This document shows, in pieces, positions 51,731 to 64,000 of a DNA stretch of 64,000 bases; position 1 is the first letter of the stretch; the number at the start of each line of letters is the position of its first letter. Source of the stretch: Octopus bimaculoides. Its lineage: Eukaryota. The notes under the pieces were generated by a model. The model did not search any database and was not told the origin of the DNA. It saw nothing but the letters and a program-made list of their open reading frames with translations. The stretch lies in the NCBI RefSeq assembly GCF_001194135.2, contig NC_068992.1:2999693-3063692 (forward strand). The letters run 5' to 3'. Position numbers and translations under genes: made by a program.

Positions 51731-54700
51731 CCATACCTCTGTTTATATATGCAAACACACCTCATGGACATCATCTTATATATAATATACACATACATGC
51801 ATTCATATGTATGTACATGTATGTGGTCACACAGAAACACACCCATATATATATTCTCATAGTTACCAGTTAAGAAATCTATGTGATGAATAATCTTACC
51901 TTTGTAAGTGCACCTAAAAACCTCACCTCCACCTTCATTCATATATGTAGTTATTGTATCTATACCCATCTGCAGTTTCTAGTTTAAGCTTGTCTTTGAT
52001 GCTTGCTTTAATAACTGACCAGAAGCATCTGGAGTTGCCAGGTTTTTTAACAAGAATTCTCAGCTTTCTAATCATGTTGAATTTCTAACCCGAGAAAACA
52101 TGTAATTAGATTCTTTATTTTAGCCACCTTGGGCGTGTTTTTCCACTCTATCAGCAATATTCAACGATGAATCTCTAAATGTGGATGAGGTGGCCTATGA
52201 AGGCCATGACAAATTATTATCGATTGAGTTAGAGAATTCACTTTGACTCTCTCTCTCAATAACTTGAGCCTCATCAGTTGGATGAGTCTGACTCACAGCT
52301 CATGATATGAATCTGACTCACAGCTCATGATATGCAGATTATTTCATTTCCAGATCCACTCGATTTAACTTCTGTAAATTTCAATGTTTCTCATTGACTT
52401 TTTCTTCGGTTACTTTATAGTTCAATATTCCTCAAGAAACCAGATTAAAATAAAGTATTATGAGCATCACTATAGGGCAGCTAAGAGACTTTCGGAATGT
52501 TCAACAGTTTCAAACAATATCTTGCAGTCTCTTTAATTCATTCTACTTGGTTAATCTCCATTATTTACACAAATTCGACAGCTTGCAGTTCATTCTTGGT
52601 TGTATCCTGATTCCAGCATTTTCTTATTTCTAAAAACAAAAATCACTTTCTTCTTGTCAGTTTCATATAGCTGACTTGTCAAGGAGGCAAAGAAAACTGT
52701 ACTGAAGCAGGTTCTCATGGATGTAACATTTTATTATTGCCTAGCTAAATCATGATTTAACGAGCTGAGTAACAACAGATATTGCAGCTGATTTTGGGGT
52801 CATAATTCAGAAGCAATGTTTCCCATTTGTGTTTTGAGTTTCATAAGTTCCTACAGATTTTAATTGTTCTATATATATTAGTCTTCCGTGTTTATTTCCA
52901 AATACTAATTGTTGTGATTTTAGTTTTGATCATGTGACTTTGTCTCGATTGCTGTTATTTGCCGGCAGTGCAACTGTGCAGAGTTCTGTTTACGGCACGT
53001 GTTCAGTGTCAGTTTTTAGTTAGTCGAGATTAGCAATTCGCTGCATAAAACTGTTATTGCGTTGAAGTTTAGTTTTGCTTACAATTTAACAATCTTTGTT
53101 TGTATTGTAGATTACTGTATTTTTAGTTGATTAAAACCTTTTAAACTTAGACATTCCAGTTTGGGTTTATAACACTTATTTCAGCCAGCTGACCCAACTG
53201 GTCTGTCCTTTAAGTTGATATTTAGAGATTATCAGATTAAAAGTGATAATTTTAGATATTTTTATATATTTTGATCCCCAAATTTATTCGGATCCTTGTT
53301 CCCTTTTGATTGCCGAACAGAAAGTACCTTCTTTATTCATGCACATCAGAAGCTAGTTGGGATATCATTTGTTGCCAGGTTTCAATTTCTAACATCATTC
53401 CTTATGATTTCTCCTTTTTTGGTGAATGCCATAAGTTTTATCAGTGAGTCTTGCAACCAGATATGCTAATGTTTCACAGATTATTTCTTGAAATGGTGTG
53501 CATAATTCTCTTAGTTTTCACATTGTTGACTGCTGTTGTTTGTATTTTATACAAGAAGTATTTCATTTGTCTTGTTCTTGAATTCTCTGTCAATAAACTT
53601 CAAGATGTAACTATCTACTTGCTTGTATGCATGCCTGTAGAGGTTATATCAACACACTTCTCACTTCATTAACTGTCCTAGATTTGGTGGGATTTATAAT
53701 CGTTGAATGGAAAAGATTCAACTTGATCCACTTTATATTCAAAACCATGACTTTAAAGTTTTATTTAAAAACTAAACTCTGCAACCAAAACAAGCACTGC
53801 AAAAGTATTGTGGGTAATTTCCTCATCTACACTAAAAGGCATGTTATCGTCTCATCAGTTCATATCTTGTCACTTTGCTTTTGCTGATTGAGTCATCATA
53901 CTGAACATTTTAATCTTGATCAAGGTACCAAGGTTCATACATAATTCTACAGACATTATTTTCATGTTATTTTGTTATTCATGTCCAAGTTTTTTCTCAA
54001 ATTATACATACTATCTACCTTTTTTTTTTTTTGTTATTATATATTCATCTCTTTTCCCTCAGCTGTTGGTTGGTTGATGTCATTAAATTACTTAACACCT
54101 GGTTCATATTTAGCCTCCTTCCATCTGCATGTAAGAGATTCGTTTCTGTCAGCCCAATTAAGCAAGTAGGATCATATTTTAAAGGAACACAGGGTTGTTC
54201 TGACTTTGTCACAATGTAGAATGCTTTCTTCCAAGTAATGTTCTCTGTTAGTAATTAGTCGTTTGTTTTCAGGTTTCGTTAAGATATACCATTGCCGTTA
54301 TTGTTATTGTTTAGATCCAGGTCAACCCCCACTGAGCAGGTTTATGATCAAAGGCATTCCAGATGTGGCCATCCAATCTTTTTATACTCTAGGACTACAT
54401 TGTCCAGTATATCCCACCTTTTATAAGATTGTAGGGCATGGTTTCAGGGAATTTGGCTGCTGTATTTAGCAGGTCAAATAACCACATAGAGACATTGTCT
54501 CTCTCTATTATAGGTCTCTCTATCCATTATATGGATTGATACTTAGTTGCTGTTGCTAGTGGTTCTGGTACTTTGGCTAACTGTGAATATTGATAATCCA
54601 TTCATGTGGTAAACTATTTCTAATCATGTAGCCATGTTTCAGCATCTATTTGCTGTTTCTTCTTCAATCATTTTAAAATGAATAATGACATGACTCCATG

Positions 54701-56021
54701 CAGTCCCATACTTCCTCCTCTCACCACCACCACCAGCTTGTTCAGCTGTTAAAGTGTAATTTCAGGTACAATGTTCTAACATGAAATTGAAGTTGTGTAG
54801 ATGTTGTGAATGGTGTCTTGGTGTGCTACTGGAATGGTAAGTTTTAGTCTGAGTGGTTGGTTAATTTTTTAGAATGTATATATATACACATACATACACA
54901 CACATAAACACGTGTTTACATGTATACAAACAAATACACACATTGACTTACATAAATATACACACTTAATATAAATGTGCAGTATACACATTTAACGACA
55001 AAATATACACGCATATCTTTAAATGTACTTCTACATAAATATTCGGACTACATGTACATACATACGTGCATTATTAAAAAGAAAAAAAGAAAAAACAGAT
55101 CAAGCCAGAATATGTCATCATCATTTAATACCTTTTTTTATCCCTTTCTACCCTTATCTGTAAATTTTGGAATATTCTTCTCTTAATTCCAGTTTTGTAA
55201 GTTGGAAATGATGTCTAACAAGGGAAAAATGAAAACCCAGACCGATTCTTACAAACTAAATATTCACCAAGGTAGCAAGATTTTCAGACAACAGAAAATT
55301 AAAGTGATATCATGAAAGAAATGGTTTATTTAGAATTGAGATGAGCCAGTTGAAAAAAAAAATGAGGATTAAATCAAAGAAAAACTAAAGAGAAAAGAAA
55401 AAGAAACTGACACATCGATAACAATTGTTAAAACACTCAAGTTGCAGCCATTTGTTATTCTGCTAACTGCAACGATTTTCAATAAATGCAATACATTTTT
55501 GATGCTTTGCTGTGTTTTCTTTCATTTTTGATAAAAACTGATATTTCAAAGTCTGTGTATATTTCTTTTTAATTTCATTAATGAGAATTTCTTTTCATGG
55601 ACAATATTTACAGCAGAGTATAAAATAATAAGCAATGACCATAGCTGTAACTCACAAGAGTTGTTTTGTAACGGATTTAGATGGCTGTGCAATGACAGGT
55701 ACACAAAGACATCGTTTTTTGACCCTACCATTCTCAACTCAGCTGAACATCTGAAATGTAACAGTTGAATGGAGAGAGAGAGAGAACTGAACTAGCACTG
55801 GGGTGGTATTCATTTACAGCCGAGTAGACTGAAACGATTTTGTTCAAAGATGTAATAAGTCATTACGCTGGACTCACAATCACACAGTTGTAGGTTTCTC
55901 ATTTGCCATTCCTCTTTGACAAAGACAGTCTTAGATAAATATGATTCTACATATCTGATAATAACAAGAATCATGAAGTGAGGAACTTCAACAAACAAAT
56001 ATTCCTAAAATTACTTTCACA

Positions 56022-56180
56022 TGCCTATGTGGTAAGAAGTTTGCTTTCCAACTGCATGGTTCTGGGTTCAGTCCCACTGAGTGACACCTTGGGCAAGTAT
56101 CTTCTACTATAGCCTCAAGCTGACCAAAGCCTCGTGAGTGGATTTGATAGACGGAAACTGAAAGAAGCCCATATATATGT

Positions 56181-56216
<36 letters not shown>

Positions 56217-56410
56217 CTCCCTACCACAGCTTGACAACTGGTGTTAGTATGTTTATGTCCCTATAACTTAGCAGTTCAGCAAAAGAGACTGATAGAATAA
56301 GCATCAGGCTTGAAAAATTCGTACTGGAGTTGATCCATTTGACTAAAAATTCAAGGCAGTGCCCCAGTATGGTCGCAGTCTAATGACTAAAACAAATTAA
56401 AGAATTAAAG
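56022..56410 (+). mobile_element. Full-length tRNA-derived SINE with a central microsatellite
   Basis: Head (gggttcagtccc, ccttgggcaagt), (TA)n(TG)n middle and tail aaggcagtgccccagtatggtcgcagtctaatgact. Confidence 0.85.
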
Positions 56411-58489
56411 GATATAAAGATAAACAAGAACACATGACATAATGTAGTCCTAGATACATTGTGACTAAAGCAAATTTAAGGAACATGGTTAGAATTCTTT
56501 GATCGAAAACCTATTCAATCGAGACCGAAGTAGAACTAAATGATAACATGAAAAGGAAATTAATGCTTGAGAAAGATAATGGTCATTCTGTCTCAGACAA
56601 ATGAACTCACCTAACATTTTGAAAGTGTTGATACAATTAAAATTAAACTACACTAGATACCTAATGAAAATAATTAATTAACCAAGAGAGCAATATACAT
56701 CTAACTTGGGTATACCAGCATTAATCATGATCAAAAAATGTTAAGAGATAAAGTTTAGCACACAAATAGCTTATTGTTTATCTGTAAGTCGAAAACATGA
56801 CTTGATTTTAATGCACCTTTAAAAAAGGATGGCATAATAGTTACTGTTAGCCTAAGAGAAACATTTTTTTGTTTTTTATACATAGAGTATTTCCATTGTT
56901 GCAAATCTGCTCAGAGAAAACTTATTCCAATAGCTATAAATATATTTTGAACTTCAGTATAAACAAACTAATTTACTAACTTCCAACCCTCATGCTTTAA
57001 ATAAACAATATTCTATAGGCTCCGAGTTCTTTCTTTTCTGCCTGTTTTAATACATAAAAAAAAAAAATGTTTCTTCCATAATGGAATCTCTTTAGATTCT
57101 ATGTAAAGACCCTGTAATGAAAAAGAATATTGCCAACTTCCAATAGGAGAAATAAAATCAGAATGCATCTCCTTGCAAATCTCTTTAAATTGAAAATGTC
57201 AGTTTGTAAAAATATTTATACAGAAACATTATTTTATATTTTCAACCTTCTATTAATAACAGAATCCAATGGAAATATTTAAAATATTGGGAAAACATTG
57301 CATTGAACTGCACAGCTATAACGGAAACCGAGAGTATAGAGTAATAACGTTTAATATTCAATGTAGCAAAGTATATCTTTAGTACCACTCTTACTCATTC
57401 TCTCTCTCTCTCATCTCCTCCTCCTCATCATTACTTAACATCCAATTTCCTGTGTTTGCATAGGCCAGACAGAATGTACAGAGACATATTTCTCTATGGT
57501 CAGATACCCTTCCTTTTGCCATTCCTCATCTTTTTCTAAGTAACATAATATTTTCCCATAGGCAGACAGGTTTCGCATGGAAAACTGGAAACAACCCCAC
57601 TTGTATGATGGAGAAATCTGTTTACAACCATCATGTGACATCTAGACAAGGGAACACTAAAACAAACATACACACACACACACATATACGTATATGTGTC
57701 ATCATCATCATTGTTTAATGTCCGTTTTCCATGCTGGCATGGGATGGACAGTTTGAACGAGGTCTGCACCAGGCACCAATCTGATTTGGCAATGTTTCCA
57801 CAGCTGTGTATTCACAATGCAAATAAGTGATAGCAGCCACTGCAGCCTACAAGCAGACTGATTCTGTTACGGTTTATATTCCTTTTGATATTGTTTACAC
57901 ACCATTTGTGAGAGACTTTGAGTAAACTTGGTTAACAGCAGGGAAATAATCCCATTGTCAAACAAAAACAAAACCCTTGTACAAACAATATGCAATATCC
58001 AGATTTGTAAATCATCATTTAACTGATGCTAGAAAAAAAAATAGGGGTAAAGTATTATTCAAACTACATTTTATTATGTAATCCACTTTGAAAAAACAAA
58101 CCAATCAGCGACTTGAAAAAGTGCCCAAAAAGTTTATCGAAATATTTCAAATCCCCTGAGAGATATTGTGTCCATTGTCAACATTTAAATTAAGTGACAG
58201 AGTGAAAGACGACAGCATTAAACAGAAAATTACAAGGGAAGAAACTAAGCTAATGAAATTGGAAATAGCAGTGCTAGATCATAAAATAGCTGGTTTAGTT
58301 GCTTTTGTTTTTGATCAGTATTCTTTATTTTATGCATTAGCATGTGTTGTCATAAAAAATGGAATAAATTGTTGATGCAGATTCAGCTCTGGCTGTATTT
58401 CACATCCAACTGACTGAAGTTGGAATAATATTCTTTTTTTTTTTACCTGGATTGACTAAAGCTGACAGCAAAATTTTTTTTCCTTTCTT

Positions 58490-58705
58490 TCTTTTCTACT
58501 CTAGGCACAAGGCCCGAAATGTTTGGGGAGGGGGCCAGTCGATTAGATCAACTCCAGTATACAACTGGTACATAATTTATCAACCCCCGAAAGAATGAAG
58601 GCCAAACTCGACCTCAGCTGAATTTGAACTCAGAACATAAAGACAGACAGAATACAGCTAAGCATTTTGCCCAGCATGCAAACATCTCTGTCAGTTCACC
58701 TCCAT
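58490..58705 (-). mobile_element. Nin/Deu-like SINE
   Basis: Reverse complement of 9792-10007. Confidence 0.8.
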
Positions 58706-59021
58706 GCAGACAGCAAAATACTGTGCAAATGGCAGGCAGTTGCTTGTAGCCAAAGTAAACTTCATTAGACTCATTAGTTCTCCAACAAATTATGCAGTAT
58801 ATCTTTGATTACATGTATAAGTATGATTATAAATATAAATTTGTCATTCCACTAATTCATTAGGCCTACGTGAGCACTCTTATCTCTATATTTCTTTCCC
58901 TTCCCCTTCTCTCCTCCATTCCGCTTCATATCTGAGGAGAGGGTTTATAAATATTGTTCTTAAGGGTAGTTAAATATGGTGTGCAACAGCAGCGAATTGA
59001 CTCTAAAAAGAGTTTTTACAG

Positions 59022-59052
<31 letters not shown>

Positions 59053-59072
59053 TCTTTTATTCTCTTCCTTGC

Positions 59073-59581
59073 TTCAGTCATTTGATGACAGCCATGCTGG
59101 AGCACTGCCTTGAAAGGTTTTAGTTGAACAAATCGACCTCAGGACATATTTTTTAAGCCTAGAACTTATTATATTGGTCTCTTTTACCAAACTGCTAAGC
59201 TTTTGGTAAACAACACTGGCAAACACACCAACACTGGTTGCCAAGCAGTGACAGGGTGACATACACAGACACAATTACACATGCATGCACACACACACAC
59301 ACAGATATATATATGTAGATATATCATCATCGTTTAACGTCCGCTTTCCATGCTAGCATGGGTTGGACGATTTGACTGAGGACTGGTGCAACCGGATGGC
59401 TACACCAGGCTCCAATCTAATTTGGCAGAGTTTCTACAGCTGGATGCCTTTCCTAACGCCAACCACTCAGAGAGTGTAGTGGGTGCTTTTACGTGTCACC
59501 TGCAAGAAAACGGCCACGCTCGAAATGGTGTCTTTTATGTGCCACCCGCACAAGAGCCAGTCCAGGGGCACTGGCAACGAG

Positions 59582-59613
<32 letters not shown>

Positions 59614-59763
59614 GATAGGCTTCTTTTATTTCCCATCTACCAAATCCACTCACAAGGTTTTGGTCAGCCCCGCCGAGACAATAGTAGAAGACACTTGTCC
59701 AAGTGCCATGCAGTGGGACTGAACCCGGAACCATGTGATTGGAACCACATACCCACGCCTGCA

Positions 59764-59765
<2 letters not shown>
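59073..59765 (-). mobile_element. tRNA-derived SINE interrupted by an RTE 3' fragment (59325-59579)
   Basis: Tail 59073-59290 and head 59612-59765. The RTE insert is near-identical to 17505-17736 and flanked by AGATATAT at 59317 and 59580. Confidence 0.85.
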
Positions 59766-59815
<50 letters not shown>

Positions 59816-60839
59816 AGAGAAAGTGCACACAAGCACGTGTGGCTTTGTGGTAAGAAGTTTGCTTCCAAACCACAAGGTTTCAGTTCAGTAAGACCCTTAA
59901 ATTTATAAGAGAAAGGGATGAGGCAGTGTCAGATGTCAGTTTCTGTGATGACTTACTTTATATTTGCTGAACTCAACCCAACAAGAAAGAACAAACATCA
60001 CCACTATGACGATGGGAGTTATTCCAATAATAAAGACTTTGCATGAACGCCTGATGGAACTAAATATCCATTATTTACTTCTTTTGGATTGGATAAATAA
60101 TGTTATAGTAAAATTTGTGCTAATGAGTATCAGTAATTGGCAGTGCAAGAACTCTAAACCTATCCTTCCGACCAATGAAATGAATGATTTGAAAATTACA
60201 GTTATTAACTGATTCCAAAGTTTTCAACTAATTACTTCCTGTTATTAGAAGAATTTCTCAATCAGAATGTATAACCACATAGGCATATTTGTTTTGTTCT
60301 CTAAGGTCTTTCTCACAGAAACATTCTTCTCAGTAGACTTTTTATACGATCTACACATCAACAGCCATAGGTCAAGCAGTGAGTTGCTATCTAAAAATTT
60401 CAGCTGTAGAATCACAACTCCAAATGTTGCTACACTCACTTCATTCAATTCACATATCACAATTCATTGTTTAATATTTTTCTTCGGGCTCTTCACAAAG
60501 GTTAATCCATTTTAGATGAATATCTTAATTGAAGGCAGAATTCATTAATATCGATTTCTGTGGACAAGGCTTAAAGCTAATTTTTTAAGGTGAAAGAGGT
60601 AATCAAATGAAATGATTGCAACATACTTTTGATTCTTGTTTTACTGACCTTTACATAATTGAAGCCTTGCAGTATCTCAACAAGAACTAAATAAGATGGA
60701 GTCAACTATTCAGTCCACCAGTTCAAAGTCATAAAATGATATTTCTTTTGAAAAATATTATTTAAATAACAATTATCTCTTATCAATTATAAATCATTCT
60801 TTATTTTTCCTAAATGAATAAATACATTTATATATATTT

Positions 60840-61110
60840 ATCATCATCTAATGTTGATACTGGCAAGGGTTTGATGGTCTGACAGGAACTGGTAAGGCCA
60901 GGGGCCACACCAGGCCCTATTGTTTGTTTCGGCATGGTTTCTACAGCTGGATGACCTTCTTAACATCAACCACCTTACAGAGTGTACTGGGTGCTTTTTA
61001 TGTGGCACCATCATGAGTACTTTTTACATGGCACAGACAGTGTTTATATATTTATGCAAACCAGCTCATGCCAGCATGGAAGATGTTAAAAGATGCTGAT
61101 GATGATATTT
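60840..61110. mobile_element. RTE-tail-derived element with tails at both ends in inverted orientation
   Basis: It starts catcatctaatgtt..tggcaagggtttgatgg and ends catgccagcatggaagatgttaaaagatgctgatgatgat. Confidence 0.55.
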
Positions 61111-62593
61111 CTATTTGCTCTTCACTCAGAAATCACTGTTTAGAGCTACCCCCACCCCTGCATTCCAAAACAACTCATTGACTTCTGCAAATAAATACTT
61201 ACAGTCCTCACTTAAAGCCTTCCCAAATTTTATTTATTTATTTACCACTCATGGAAATGGCTCTGGAATTATGCTACACTTTACATTTAATTATCTTTCT
61301 ACCACATTTCTTCTATGGTCGCTGTTTTTCATATATGTATGGTACTTTAATTCACTACTAACAATTTCTAATTAGAGAGTTCAGTTTAGTGTGGCTCTTT
61401 TGTAAAGTTACTGATGACTGCTGTAGCTGGGCCACTTCTTGTTTCACCCCTTCATTTGACATCTAGAAATTCTTTACACATCTCAGAAAGAAGTAGATTG
61501 TTATAATACAATCTGTTGTGGTACAATTTGCTACTTGAAAATATTGCTATTGACCCAGCTTCATGTGTCAAACTCGAAATGAAACATTGGTGGAATTTAA
61601 AGCAGCTGTTGAAATCCCATTATGATTTATTAATCTTTTGCCAGAGACTTTAGCCTAGAAAGATGCTTAATGAAGAATGACTTGTGACTATTTTTTGTCA
61701 CTAAACTGTAATGGAAATATCTTTATCAACCCAACTGAAATTAATGAAGTTGACATCAAATAAATCTAACAAAAATGCCTTTGTGCAGAAATTGCTAAAT
61801 GATAAACACAATTGTTAAAATGGCAGTAATGATATAGTTGATAATGATGATGATGATAATGACTTTGATAAAAATACAGACAACACTAATGGTAACAACG
61901 ATGATGATGATAATTATGATGATGTCATCAACCTAATATATGCTAATAGTTAGATAAACTGAAGGAAATGGAGCTGAAATGTTAAACAGCTAAATATTTA
62001 TTGAGAATCTCCTTCGTTATTGATAATAGCTTTGTTAATGAACATGAAACATTTCTCTGAGTTAATATGGTCACAATCTGACATTAATTGATGACATTCA
62101 ACAAGATAAGCTTATCAGAGAATGAGATTGGATTATAAACCTGGGTTAATGGATCAAAAGATAGTTTCAAACAAGTCTTTAAGAAATGCTACAGCTTTAT
62201 CTCCCGATAATCTTGATACGGTTAATCTTTACTGTTATTATCGCAACAGTGATGATTGTACTAGCAGGAAGAAGGTTACTAAATCGGCAACAGAAACTGA
62301 TTGCTGAGGTACTTCCAACTTGTAATTCTAACTTCAAATACAGTTTTGAAATGTGCAAGATTCTGACTTTTAAAATCCCCCTGATTCAAGGTTTTATGGT
62401 TTAAGTTTGTCAAATTGCAGAATTTAATATGCAATATGCTTCTGCATGAAGTGCTGGATGAGTATAGAGCAGTAGTAAGAAAATGAGATGACAAAGGAAT
62501 AAATGATTATCTTATGAGCTTCATTAGCTGACAGCCGTTTCTGCTATAAGATGCAGCAAACTCATAGTTGAGTGCTCCAATGAAGCTATAAGG

Positions 62594-62926
62594 CAGCGTT
62601 TCTGAACCGGGATTCCCTGGATGCCAAGGGATCCGCAAAAGGTTCCTAGGGGTTACATGAGAAAGAGTGAGATAAGCTAATGCTAATTTCATGATTGTAA
62701 TATTACTATACATGCACAACATATTATTGGTTATTGTAATATAGACATCATCCTATTTAACCTATTATTTTATCAAAAAAAAAAATATAACCATATATAT
62801 ATATATATAGATGATACTTACCTATGATGAAAAGTATATGAGAAAGATATAGTATATAATTTTGTTTGTGTAGGGGGTTCCTTGAGACATGTAATATATT
62901 TTAAGGGTTACGGTTGAGAAACACTA
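62594..62926. mobile_element. hAT (Charlie-like) MITE
   Basis: Imperfect TIRs CAGCGTTTCTGAACC / GGTTGAGAAACACTA. The right flank is overwritten by an RTE tail, so no TSD is visible. Confidence 0.6.
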
Positions 62927-63165
62927 GCATGGGTTGGACGATTTGACTGAGGACTAGTGAACCAGATGGCTGCACCTGACTCCAATCTGATTTGGCAGAG
63001 TTTCTACAGCTGGATGCCCTTCCTAACACCAACCACTCCGAAAGTGTAGTGGGTGCTTTTACGTGTCACCGGCACGAGGGCCAGTCAGGCGGTACTGGCA
63101 ATGGCCACACTCGAAATGATGTTTTTTAAGCGCCATCTGCACAGGAGCGAGTCCAGCAGCACATA
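62925..63165 (-). mobile_element. RTE-associated retroposon 3' region
   Basis: Near-identical to 17535-17736. Confidence 0.85.
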
Positions 63166-63299
63166 AAGCCTTGAATCACAGGGATTTTAGAACTTGATAT
63201 ATATATATATGCTTCAGAACAAAGTGTTAGACAAGTGTAGACCAGTAAGAAGAGCATCATTATGCATAGAGCTGGCTAGGTAGGTGCAGCAGTGCTCTC

Positions 63300-63826
63300 C
63301 ATCACTGGTGGTTTCTGCATGGTAACCAGAGTTGGGAGTAGTGATCTCAACAGCTGAGAGCAAATGCCCTCCAGAGGACCATCATAGTTTCTTCTTCTCT
63401 CATTCTGAAAGTTCTGAGGATCCATCTGGCCAACTGTCTGCATTTTATTGCCAACTCAGTAATATGCACCTGGAAAGATGCATCATTACTCATGCACTGA
63501 TTTTAATTCAGGGATTGCAATCTCTCCTCAGCTGGTGTATCCTGTCCGTCTTTCATTCAGCTTCGTATGTTCATAGTATTCTCTAGCTTTAAACTGCATG
63601 CTATTATCCTCAGACCACCTGTACATTGTGTCCAACTACTATTGCAGGTGCACATCATGTCTAGAGTTCTGTATCCTCTGAGAGACTTTTGTATCATCTT
63701 CATAGCTAGCAAAGGTGGTTATCTGAGCAGCTGAGGGCATATTTGAGAGGGCCACTATGAATAGTAGTGGCACCAAGACAGTCCCCCGTGGGACACCATT
63801 TGTTATTTGCATTTCCATAGAGGTAG
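63300..63826 (-). pseudogene. CR1/L2/Jockey-type LINE reverse-transcriptase remnant
   Basis: NGVPRGTVLVPLLF...SYEDDTKV corresponds to GVPQGSVLGPLLF and YADD. Downstream KCRQLARWILRTF and DHYSQLWLP correspond to LDYCSQLWSP. Confidence 0.8.
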
Positions 63827-64000
63827 CCACGTTAATTCTATGACGGAATTTTTGAAACTGTTTTCCTCCTCACCACGTTAATTCTATGACGGAATTTTTG
63901 AAACTGTTTTCCTCCTCACCACGTTAATTCTATGACGGAATTTTTGAAACTGCTTTCCTCCTCACCACGTTAATTCAATGACGGAATTTTTGAAACTGTT
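63827..64000. repeat. 46-bp tandem repeat, at least 3.8 copies, runs off the window
   Basis: CCACGTTAATTCTATGACGGAATTTTTGAAACTGTTTTCCTCCTCA starts at 63827, 63873, 63919 and 63965. Confidence 0.95.

Noticed and set aside
19109-51862. Many ORF-track calls rich in Y/I/H/T/C/V or X (for example 19109-19459, 39193-39876, 45127-45718, 49480-50914)
   Set aside because: They are translations of (TA)n/(CA)n microsatellites or N-gaps, not genes.
24079-52335. Short direct duplications at ~24079-24120 (20 bp), ~41110-41149 (20 bp) and 52287-52334 (25 bp)
   Set aside because: These are two-copy slippage duplications without spacers. They are not CRISPR-like and no function is evident.
52020-53900. Possible LINE or Gypsy remnants (PGNSRCFWSVIK, TVNEVRSVL)
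   Set aside because: The motifs are too short and scattered to assign.
55614-55698. Cys-rich exon-like segment EYKIISNDHSCNSQELFCNGFRWLCND
   Set aside because: Only a loose LDLa-like impression. Cys spacing and the acidic motif do not fit, and the splice signals are moderate.

Overview
This is AT-rich, repeat-dense eukaryotic DNA with seven N-gaps. The repeat families resemble those I recognise from octopod cephalopods; that assignment is an inference. There is no intact protein-coding gene, rRNA gene, true tRNA gene or CRISPR array, and most ORF-track calls are microsatellite or gap artefacts. The window holds decayed transposons (RTE, CR1/L2-type and R4/Dong-type LINEs, Naiad-type Penelope-like elements, mariner, piggyBac- and hAT-type MITEs), many tRNA-derived SINEs, two minisatellites, a kB/STAT-motif-rich satellite and one plausible terminal coding exon (42725-42852, +) with a hydrophobic C-terminus. 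The most interesting signal is a ~260-nt SINE-like family that joins a tRNA-Arg-like Pol III head to a minimal type I hammerhead ribozyme of the Penelope type. Three of its four loci are head-to-head palindromes. One palindrome is flanked by a clear 13-bp target-site duplication (TSD) and another by a probable 8-bp TSD. A second, unrelated 128-bp-arm palindrome has the same asymmetric design and a 10-bp TSD. Together these suggest non-autonomous elements mobilised by Penelope-like elements (PLEs) that insert as hairpins. This is a hypothesis from sequence only.
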